From Candidatus Omnitrophota bacterium (GTDB taxonomy: Bacteria > Omnitrophota > Gorgyraeia > Gygaellales > Profunditerraquicolaceae), in contig JAUYEC010000109.1 in assembly GCA_030691585.1 (NCBI GenBank), positions 1 through 15,619 of the forward strand: a stretch of DNA of 15,619 bases. The letters are read 5' to 3'. Below the pieces are notes generated by a model. That model ran no database searches, was not told the origin of the DNA, and saw only the letters and a list, made by a program, of their open reading frames with translations. Below, piece after piece: positions 7,954 to 14,368 of the stretch. Numbering within the stretch: the first letter of the stretch is position 1; the number at the start of each line of letters is the position of its first letter. The translations under genes were made by a program, and so were the position numbers.

Positions 7954-7979
7954 GCCTATACCTCCTCTGATTGGCCTGT

Positions 7980-8008
7980 GTAGGGACAGGTTTAAAACCT
8001 GTCCCTAC
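7980..8008. repeat. Palindromic repeat GTAGGGACAGGTTTAAAACCTGTCCCTAC
   Basis: Inverted repeat. The TAG stop of the flavodoxin-ferredoxin gene (reverse complement of 8005-8007) lies inside its 3' arm. Confidence 0.7.
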
Positions 8009-8781
8009 ATCAACATATCTTCTAATTTTACGCTCGGATGATGATAGCGTTTGCGCCCAATGGTGCTTTTACCGTATTCTATAGCCTGCTGCGGGCACCA
8101 CTGCAAACAGGCCATACATTGCTGGCATCGATGCAGCCATTTCGGCCGGGCAGAGGATAATTCAATATTCGCGGCCGGACATACCCTGACGCATACGCCG
8201 CAGCCGTTACAACGATCCGTGCTGCGGAATTTCGTATCCATAACCGGAATTTTCGGGGAACATAATTTATAAAGCAGCCATCCCAGCCAGCTGAATAAAA
8301 AGAAAGTCTGTGGCGGATTGCAAATTTCCCCCCGGAGGATAATGCCCGCGATATGACCTATCTTTTCTTTTTCTTTTACAAACAATCCCTGCTGCTTATC
8401 CTCAGGGATGGCGCCGTAAAGCGGCGTATAATTGCCAGGCATCAGAATACCGAAACCGGCCGACAACTTAAACCCCTCTTCCTTAAGGAGCCTGGCCGTC
8501 TGTTTAAGCGCGCTACCAGGCTTGCCTCCGTAAGTTGCCACCGCGAAAATATATTTACCGCCGGCCGGCTTCAATTTCTTTATGAAATCCGCGACAATAA
8601 GCGGCATGCCGAACATATACACCGGATAGATTATTCCTACGCGTTCAAAGGCCGAAAGATCGACCTGCGCTGACGCTTTAGGGATGGAAATAATCTGTGT
8701 GTCACCGAGCGCCTCTGCTAGATCACGGGCAACCGTAAAACAGTTACCTGTAGCGGAAAAATAAAATATGGCGGTTTTCAT
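8005..8781 (-). CDS. Flavodoxin-like domain fused to a 2x[4Fe-4S] ferredoxin domain (resembles the family NCBI labels EFR1 ferredoxin)
   Basis: MKTAIFYFSATGN is a flavodoxin start. The C-terminus has CNGCGVCVRVCP and CQQCMACLQWCP. ATG 8781 is preferred over TTG 8790. No SD is visible. Confidence 0.8.
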   Translation of the reverse strand: MKTAIFYFSATGNCFTVARDLAEALGDTQIISIPKASAQVDLSAFERVGIIYPVYMFGMPLIVADFIKKLKPAGGKYIFAVATYGGKPGSALKQTARLLKEEGFKLSAGFGILMPGNYTPLYGAIPEDKQQGLFVKEKEKIGHIAGIILRGEICNPPQTFFLFSWLGWLLYKLCSPKIPVMDTKFRSTDRCNGCGVCVRVCPAANIELSSARPKWLHRCQQCMACLQWCPQQAIEYGKSTIGRKRYHHPSVKLEDMLM

Positions 8782-8792
8782 CTCAAGCAAAA

Positions 8793-8823
8793 GGGGGACG
8801 TTTCTATCTAAGAACCGTCCCCC
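8793..8823. terminator. Hairpin GGGGGACG-(loop)-CGTCCCCC with T-rich flanks on both strands. Probable bidirectional terminator and/or regulatory palindrome.
   Basis: On the minus strand the hairpin is followed by UUUUGCUUGAG, immediately upstream of the flavodoxin ATG. On the plus strand it is followed by TTTCTCCCTTTTC. It lies downstream of lipoprotein gene 8844-9296. Confidence 0.45.
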
Positions 8824-8843
8824 TTTCTCCCTTTTCTACTTAA

Positions 8844-9296
8844 TTATTCCTTTGCCGCGGGCTTTGCCGTGGAAAGCATGTAATCAACTACCTTATCGCT
8901 TACTTTATTCTTTTTAAGGTAATCTATGATCGAAGAAGTCAATTCGTAAGAGGAATTTGTCCTCTTGATCTCCGAGATGATCAGGTCATCCGGTGAGCCC
9001 ATGCCTGCCATATTCACTATGGCCGGGATCGGCAGATAATTGGGATTGACGGCCGCGGCTTTCTGGTCCGCCTTGTCTATTTCGTTGCCGATAAGACCCC
9101 CGCCGACTACTCCTACCGTAGCACCGATAAGCGCACCCATGGGCCCGCTACCCATCTGATGGCCGATCACGCCACCTGCGACAGCGCCGATCACGCCACC
9201 TGCGACTGCACCCGTCGTGGCCTTTGGCCCCATATTCTGACAGCCCGCAAGCGCAATTGATAAAACCAGCAAAGACGCTAAAGCAATTTTCTTCAT
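8844..9296 (-). CDS. Lipoprotein with glycine-zipper (SlyB/Pcp-like) repeats
   Basis: Signal peptide with lipobox LAGC. GAVAGGVIGAVAGGVIG...GALIGATVGVVGGGLIG is a glycine zipper. SD AAGGAGGA is 7 nt upstream of ATG 9296. A 24-nt tandem duplication at 9163-9210 encodes the repeated AVAGGVIG. Confidence 0.7.
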   Translation of the reverse strand: MKKIALASLLVLSIALAGCQNMGPKATTGAVAGGVIGAVAGGVIGHQMGSGPMGALIGATVGVVGGGLIGNEIDKADQKAAAVNPNYLPIPAIVNMAGMGSPDDLIISEIKRTNSSYELTSSIIDYLKKNKVSDKVVDYMLSTAKPAAKE

Positions 9297-9387
9297 CTAA
9301 AATCCTCCTTTAATGGATTATAAAATATGGAAGGATAACCATATAATTATAACGGCGATAGCGCTGAATGTCAAACAAAAACTCAAT

Positions 9388-9798
9388 TTAGGCGGCGTCG
9401 TTTCCCGCTTTAGGCTTTGTTACACCGAAAAGCGCGCGGATATCCTGCCGCAGGAGATAAACGATGATGACACCATAGAGGGCCAGCCCCACAACCATAC
9501 CTACTGTCTGCGGAGGGGTCAAAGTTTTTTTCACGGCAGGTATGGAAATAATCTGGTAGGCCAAGGATAACGATTCCAGGGCAAGAGCCATAAACCAGGC
9601 CCACTTTTTTACCCTTAACAGGCCCATGCCGGAGATGACTATAAGGACCGATATGGCAGTTGAAATAAATATATCGGTATTTGATAAATTGACCTCTTTT
9701 GCCAATATCGGAGATAGCAACAATACGAGTGCGATACTTAGTATGCCCCCGACCACAAACCACCAGGCAATCATTTTTAGCCCCAAAGGTTTATTCAT
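9388..9798 (-). CDS. Polytopic membrane protein of unknown function (136 aa)
   Basis: Four predicted TM helices. SD GGGAGGAA lies upstream of ATG 9798. Confidence 0.55.
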   Translation of the reverse strand: MNKPLGLKMIAWWFVVGGILSIALVLLLSPILAKEVNLSNTDIFISTAISVLIVISGMGLLRVKKWAWFMALALESLSLAYQIISIPAVKKTLTPPQTVGMVVGLALYGVIIVYLLRQDIRALFGVTKPKAGNDAA

Positions 9799-9885
9799 AT
9801 AATAAGTTCCTCCCTATTGTTTACTTAGCGAATTTACCGCCCCATTTTATCCCAAATAAAAAACTTGACAAGATATTTTCACGGA

Positions 9886-10515
9886 TCACCTGAAAAAGAT
9901 AAAAGGCAAACTGATCAACGCGTAAATAATATTCCGTATAAAAACTACCAGCGGATTCAACAGCCCGGTGACAAGCAGGAAGATCAGGATAAAAAAACCG
10001 TACGGCTCGATCAAGGCCAACTTTTCCTGCGCCCTGAAAGGCAGGAAACTCATCAGCACCTTTGAGCCGTCCAGCGGCGGTATGGGGATCAGGTTAAGCG
10101 CGCCAAGCATAATGTTTATTGTTATCAGTACGGGCAGAATAAGCGACAAACCGGGGTTTAAACTTACGGCTTTAAACTGCATCAGGAACATAGCCACTGC
10201 GGCAATAAGAATGTTAGCAGCGCAGCCGGCCAAAGCAACACATAATAATCCGGCGCGGTTCCTGAGGGCGTAATAATTTACCGGCACCGGCTTTGCCCAG
10301 CCAAAACCAACAAAAAGAAGCAAAAGTGCCCCTATAGGATCAATGTGAGGAACAGGGTTAAGCGTCAGGCGGCCGTAGCGCAGGGCGGTATCGTCGCCGA
10401 AAAGATGGGCCACCCATCCGTGAGCGATTTCATGGGCAATGATGGAATAAAGAAGCAGGAAGGCCAGAACGAAGAATGCTACCGGATTGTTGAACAACAG
10501 CGATATAAACCCCAT
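9886..10515 (-). CDS. Site-2 protease family (M50) intramembrane zinc metalloprotease
   Basis: HEIAHG (HExxH) sits in a TM helix. LNLIPIPPLDGSK is the M50 LDG motif. Confidence 0.85.
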   Translation of the reverse strand: MGFISLLFNNPVAFFVLAFLLLYSIIAHEIAHGWVAHLFGDDTALRYGRLTLNPVPHIDPIGALLLLFVGFGWAKPVPVNYYALRNRAGLLCVALAGCAANILIAAVAMFLMQFKAVSLNPGLSLILPVLITINIMLGALNLIPIPPLDGSKVLMSFLPFRAQEKLALIEPYGFFILIFLLVTGLLNPLVVFIRNIIYALISLPFIFFR

Positions 10516-10620
10516 TACGACCCTTTCTTATATGAATGCGGCGCAAAGCAGCTGCGCGCGGCTGCCTGTATGGTCATATTTTACTCCTGATAGAAGCTAT
10601 CCGCAACAAATTTTATCTTT

Positions 10621-11472
10621 CTAAAATACGATTGTCTTGTTGCCGCAGCGGATAATACGATGGTCAAGATAGGCGGCTATGCCCAGGGCCAGGGCCTTTT
10701 TCTCAAGATGCCTGCCCTTGCTTATAAGGGCCGCAAGATCATCTTTGTGTGAAATAGCCTCCACTTCCTGGGTGATGATCGGGCCGTCGTCCAGCCGGTC
10801 GTTGACAAAGTGCGCGGTGGCGCCGATGACCTTAACACCCTGTTCAAGTGCTTTTTGATAAGGATCAGCACCTTTAAAAGAAGGCAGGAAACCGTGGTGG
10901 ATATTGATTATATCCTTGCCGTATTCCCGCAGGAAATTTTCCGAGAGCACCAGCATATAACGGGCAAGAACGAGAAAATCGGTTTTATTTAAAACAAGCG
11001 CCATGAGCTCCTCTTCCTTGCGGTTATTTTTATCGGCGCGGATATAATGAAAAGGGATATTGTATTGGGAAACCAATTTAAAATGCCTGTCGTCATTGCT
11101 GATGACAAAAGGGATATCGCAGCGCAGTTCTTTGATACTCCAAAGATAAAGTATCTCCTGCAGGCAATGCCCGGGCCCGGAAACCAATATCCCCATCCGG
11201 GGAATATCTTGCTTACGGCGTATGAGCCAGGCGGCATCAAATTTTTTGGCGATCGGGGCAAACCGGGCCGCCAGATCCGCCTCCGTGATCTCGGCCTCCG
11301 GCAAAAATTCCACGCGCATGAAAAAATGCCCGCCCTCGGGATCAGTAGAATATTGATCGGCGGTAATGATATTGCAGCCAAGGTCGCGAATCACACCCGC
11401 TATTTCGGCGACAATTCCCATGCGGTCAACGCATTGGAACAACAGGACATAAATCCGGTCAATTTTTTCCAT
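10621..11472 (-). CDS. purU: Formyltetrahydrofolate deformylase (ACT domain plus formyltransferase domain)
   Basis: N-terminal ACT domain (VDRMGIVAEIAGVIRDLGCNI). INIHHGFLPSFKGADPYQKALEQGVKVIGATAHFV is the formyltransferase core. The GTG 11490 start in the ORF track would overlap corA. ATG 11472 has AAAGAG upstream and is preferred. Confidence 0.85.
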   Translation of the reverse strand: MEKIDRIYVLLFQCVDRMGIVAEIAGVIRDLGCNIITADQYSTDPEGGHFFMRVEFLPEAEITEADLAARFAPIAKKFDAAWLIRRKQDIPRMGILVSGPGHCLQEILYLWSIKELRCDIPFVISNDDRHFKLVSQYNIPFHYIRADKNNRKEEELMALVLNKTDFLVLARYMLVLSENFLREYGKDIINIHHGFLPSFKGADPYQKALEQGVKVIGATAHFVNDRLDDGPIITQEVEAISHKDDLAALISKGRHLEKKALALGIAAYLDHRIIRCGNKTIVF

Positions 11473-11480
11473 AGGGCTCT

Positions 11481-12455
11481 TTATAACCACTTTCTGCGTT
11501 TAAAATAGGCGAGCATCGTGATAGTTATGATACCCATAATAAGGATGATGGCCGGGTAACCGAGCTTGCTCTCCAGCTCGGGCATATGCTTGAAATTCAT
11601 GCCGTAGATACTGGCAATGAGTGTCAGGGGCATCATGATGGTGGCGATAACGGTAAGGGTCTTCATGATCTCGTTGAGCCTGTTGGAGACTATGGAGACA
11701 TAGGCCTCCATAGCGCCGGTCACGATATCACGCGAGGTGCCGACGATATCATTGAGGCGCACGAGGTTGTCGTAGATATTCCTGAAATAGACGGTATTAG
11801 AGGACGAGATGCAGGGAATGTCACCGCGAGTGATGATGCTCATCACGTCGGCCTGCGGGCCGATGGTACGGCGCAGATACATAATCTCGTTTTTCAGGCT
11901 GTATATTTTTTTGAGGGTGCCGCTGGTGGGGTCGCGGAACAGTTCGTCGCTCATATTATCCACCATATCGTCGAATTCGTTGATCACCGGGAAATAACTG
12001 TCCACCAGCGAATCCAACAGCGAATACATCAAGAAATCGGCGCCGTTCTTTATGATCGGCGATTGTTTACGCACCCGCTCTTTGTTGGTGGCAAAGGCGG
12101 TGGTTGTGGAATTATGCGCCGTGATCAAAAAATTCCTGCCAAGGCAGAAATCCCGCTCGTCTGTCTTGACCCTTGTGCGCTCTTTTTCCAGGTATTCCAT
12201 GGAAAACATCACCAGAAAAATATAGTCCTTGAAATTTTCGACCTTCGGCCTGGCATTGGCCATGATCAGATCCTCAACGGTCAAGGGATGCAGGGCAAAG
12301 ATCTCGGTAAGGATGTCAATTTCTTCGTCCTCAATGGACATCAGGTCGATCCAAAGCGCGCTCTGCGGGTCAGCCAGCGCCTGGCGCATCTCGCCGGAGT
12401 TGAGTTTATCGAAATTGAATCCTCTTTGAGGATGATACAGGAATGTCTCGTACAT
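11481..12455 (-). CDS. corA: CorA-family Mg2+/Co2+ transporter
   Basis: Two C-terminal TM helices carry the YGMNF (GMN) signature. The N-terminal soluble domain is acidic. Confidence 0.9.
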   Translation of the reverse strand: MYETFLYHPQRGFNFDKLNSGEMRQALADPQSALWIDLMSIEDEEIDILTEIFALHPLTVEDLIMANARPKVENFKDYIFLVMFSMEYLEKERTRVKTDERDFCLGRNFLITAHNSTTTAFATNKERVRKQSPIIKNGADFLMYSLLDSLVDSYFPVINEFDDMVDNMSDELFRDPTSGTLKKIYSLKNEIMYLRRTIGPQADVMSIITRGDIPCISSSNTVYFRNIYDNLVRLNDIVGTSRDIVTGAMEAYVSIVSNRLNEIMKTLTVIATIMMPLTLIASIYGMNFKHMPELESKLGYPAIILIMGIITITMLAYFKRRKWL

Positions 12456-12518
12456 TTTAACCTAATATAACAGAAAAATTTCAAACTGCAATTGAATTTA
12501 AGACACATCCCTTTTCTT

Positions 12519-12938
12519 TTACCTGCCGCAGCAACCATAGACCGAGACATAACCGTCATCGGTCATCTTCAAAGTATGCTTGGAACATTGCCCGGGATGC
12601 GGATTATATACGAGGATATAAACTGTCCTTTCCCTGACCTTTTGAACTTTCACCGCCTTTAACACTTTGTCCCAGTCGGTCGTACCGGCCTGCGCGCCCT
12701 TAAAATTAGTTAATTTAACCCTCGCCAGCGTATTATTCTTAATAAAATGTATGAACTCGCCTTTTGAATTGATCAATGCCACGAATTTATATCTGTCTTC
12801 CGCCTTGCAGCCGGGGGAGGCGCGCTTTGGATCCGCGCCAAAGGGGTCAAGTGTACCATCTGAAGCAAGCAAACAATTTGCCGCGACAAATATCGCCGAG
12901 GTAAAAGCTATGATTGACAAAGTCAGTGCTTTCTTCAT
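12519..12938 (-). CDS. Secreted protein of unknown function (139 aa, signal peptide, ends ...YGCCGR)
   Basis: MKKALTLSIIAFTSAIFVAANC is a signal peptide. ATG 12938 overlaps the TGA stop of the upstream YgjP-like gene as ATGA. Confidence 0.55.
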   Translation of the reverse strand: MKKALTLSIIAFTSAIFVAANCLLASDGTLDPFGADPKRASPGCKAEDRYKFVALINSKGEFIHFIKNNTLARVKLTNFKGAQAGTTDWDKVLKAVKVQKVRERTVYILVYNPHPGQCSKHTLKMTDDGYVSVYGCCGR

Positions 12939-13441
12939 GCGCCACTCAATCCCGGTATATTATGAGCAACTGCCAAAAGAAAACCCCTCGCTCTCTCGGC
13001 AAGCCGGTAACGCGAAACGATCTCCCAGAACGCCTTGCCGTGATTGGGCTCGACTAAATGCGCCATTTCATGCAAAATAACATAATCCCTGACCCATCCC
13101 GGCATCAGGCCTATCTTATGCGATATGCGGATACGCGCGCTGCGCCAATTACAGCAGCCGAATTTGCTGTTTTGGCCGGTGACGTATTCTATCTGGTCAA
13201 GCTTCAGTTTGTTGCCGAAATATTTCGCGTTTATCTTGTTGGCGCGATCCACCAGGTCCCGGGTTTTATCCAATCCTGTCTTTATGAGCTTTTTTTCAAA
13301 TTTTATTTTGAACTGGCCGACGATTTTATCTAACTGCTCCAGCGCCAGCCTCTCCGGCGCCTGCACCAGCAGGATATCTTTGGCCATCCTGGCGCTGACC
13401 GTGCGCAATCGTCTCCTGCTGCGGATAATTTTTACTTCCAT
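12935..13441 (-). CDS. YgjP/DUF45-type (M48-like) metal-dependent hydrolase
   Basis: N-terminus is IIRSRRRLRTVSARMAKDILLVQAP. HEMAHLVEPNHGKAFW matches the YgjP motif HExxHLxxxNHsxxFW. Confidence 0.8.
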   Translation of the reverse strand: MEVKIIRSRRRLRTVSARMAKDILLVQAPERLALEQLDKIVGQFKIKFEKKLIKTGLDKTRDLVDRANKINAKYFGNKLKLDQIEYVTGQNSKFGCCNWRSARIRISHKIGLMPGWVRDYVILHEMAHLVEPNHGKAFWEIVSRYRLAERARGFLLAVAHNIPGLSGA

Positions 13442-13515
13442 GGCATTATTCTACCCCTGCTGAAAGAAGTGTCAACTCAATTCGAAAAGTCCCCCCTGCT
13501 GGCCTTAGAGAAGGT

Positions 13516-13543
13516 TTGACTTTAAAGCCCCCTCTGATAGAAT
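13516..13543 (+). promoter_or_regulatory. Sigma70-like promoter TTGACT-16-TAGAAT for the Pmp3 gene
   Basis: -35 is at 13516-13521 and -10 at 13538-13543. SD AAAGGAGG is at 13549-13556. ATG is at 13561. Confidence 0.45.
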
Positions 13544-13560
13544 ATATAAAAGGAGGCGAT

Positions 13561-13749
13561 ATGAGCTATATAAAAGAAATGAAGATCCTAAAATTGATTT
13601 TCACCTTTGTTCTGCCGCCGGTTGCGGCATATATGCAGGTGGGCCCGACCAGCAAACAGTTCTTTATAAACATTTTACTTACTTGCATTGGTTGGTTACC
13701 AGGCGTTGTCCATGCGATGTGGTTAATTATCTCCGATAAAGAAAGCTAG
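13561..13749 (+). CDS. Pmp3/YqaE (UPF0057) family small proteolipid membrane protein, 62 aa
   Basis: ILLTCIGWLPGVVHAMWLI matches the family signature. Strong SD is present. The ORF-track start at 13516 is rejected in favour of ATG 13561. Confidence 0.85.
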   Translation: MSYIKEMKILKLIFTFVLPPVAAYMQVGPTSKQFFINILLTCIGWLPGVVHAMWLIISDKES

Positions 13750-13766
13750 ATCGCAAGGCTTTTTTC

Positions 13767-13794
13767 TTGACGGTTCGTTTGTTTCGTGTACAAT
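13767..13794 (+). promoter_or_regulatory. Promoter TTGACG-16-TACAAT about 12 nt upstream of tRNA exon 1
   Basis: -35 is at 13767-13772 and -10 at 13789-13794. tRNA position 1 is at 13806. Confidence 0.5.
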
Positions 13795-13840
13795 AATAGC
13801 ACAATTCCCCCTTAGCTCAGTCGGTAGAGCGAGTGGCTGT

Positions 13841-14368
13841 GCGAGGCCGCCTTAGGCGGCCGAGCAAAAGGAACGGAGGTGGCATTGGCAAAGCACGATA
13901 CACGACGTTACGCCGATCGTCGCCAGTATTTAATTGCCGCAGTAAAAGCCAGACGTAAAAAAGTCAGGCAAATGGCAGTTGGATATAAAGGCGGGCGATG
14001 TCAAGTGTGCGGCTATGACCGTTGTATCGAAGCTTTAGAGTTTCATCACACCGATTCTTCCGGAAAAGATTTTAGCATATCCGAGAAAGGTTATACTCGG
14101 AGTTGGGCTAAAGTCAAAGAAGAATTGGATAAGTGTATGTTACTTTGCGCCAACTGTCATCGAGAACTTCATGCTCAAGCGCAGCTCCCGCGGGAAACCG
14201 CGGCTGAAACTGCAGGAGAATTGCTGGAAGCCCTAGCGTAACTACGCGGGTAATCAGCAGCCGAGCCCCGGAAGTCCGGGGAAGGTTCAGAGACTATGCA
14301 CCTGCTGCCTAATGCGCAAGCAATGGCAAAGATATAGTCCGCTTCCGAAAGTAATTTCGGGTTAAGCG
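13841..14368 (+). mobile_element. Group I self-splicing intron (528 nt) in the anticodon loop, carrying an HNH endonuclease ORF
   Basis: Canonical R element GTTCAGAGACTA (14285-14296) and S element AAGATATAGTCC (14329-14340) form P7. P9 hairpin CCGAAA-GTAA-TTTCGG (14345-14360) has a GNRA loop. The intron ends in G (14368). Exon 1 ends in U (13840) and can pair GGCUGU with GCGGCC (13856-13861) with a U-G wobble at the splice site. A CGCGG-GAAA-CCGCG hairpin lies at 14189-14202. Confidence 0.7.
13879..14241 (+). CDS. Intron-encoded HNH endonuclease (putative homing endonuclease)
   Basis: CQVCGYDRC...LEFHHTD...LLCANCHRELH is an HNH motif with flanking CxxC zinc ligands. The N-terminal region is basic. 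Start is uncertain: GTG 13879 or ATG 13971. The 3' end overlaps intron core structure. Confidence 0.7.
   Translation: MALAKHDTRRYADRRQYLIAAVKARRKKVRQMAVGYKGGRCQVCGYDRCIEALEFHHTDSSGKDFSISEKGYTRSWAKVKEELDKCMLLCANCHRELHAQAQLPRETAAETAGELLEALA

Noticed and set aside
6177-8008. The GTAGGGACAG hairpins as a CRISPR array
   Set aside because: They are not regularly spaced with unique spacers. The copies are separated by whole genes, and each is a self-complementary palindrome.
7774-8673. ORFs 7774-7983 (+), 7811-8041 (+), 8051-8272 (+) and 8353-8673 (+)
   Set aside because: They are antisense to the small ORF and the flavodoxin-ferredoxin gene. None has an SD.
9313-9763. ORFs 9313-9570 (+) and 9410-9763 (-)
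   Set aside because: They overlap the 9388-9798 membrane protein gene in other frames, and their translations are low-complexity. The membrane protein frame has the SD.
9865-10590. ORFs 9865-10065 (+), 9968-10273 (+) and 10345-10590 (+)
   Set aside because: They are antisense to the M50 protease gene.
10810-11508. ORFs 10810-10992 (+), 10989-11381 (-) and 11047-11508 (+)
   Set aside because: They are antisense or alternative frames of purU.
11586-12559. ORF 11586-12470 (+, 294 aa) and smaller ORFs 11809-11997 (+), 12229-12429 (+) and 12341-12559 (-)
   Set aside because: The 294-aa plus ORF is antisense to corA, which carries the GMN signature. Its translation is Gly/His/Asp-rich and low-complexity. 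The other three are nested or overlapping alternative frames.
12667-13463. ORFs 12667-13080 (+), 13058-13333 (+) and 13125-13463 (+)
   Set aside because: They are antisense to the secreted protein and YgjP-like genes.
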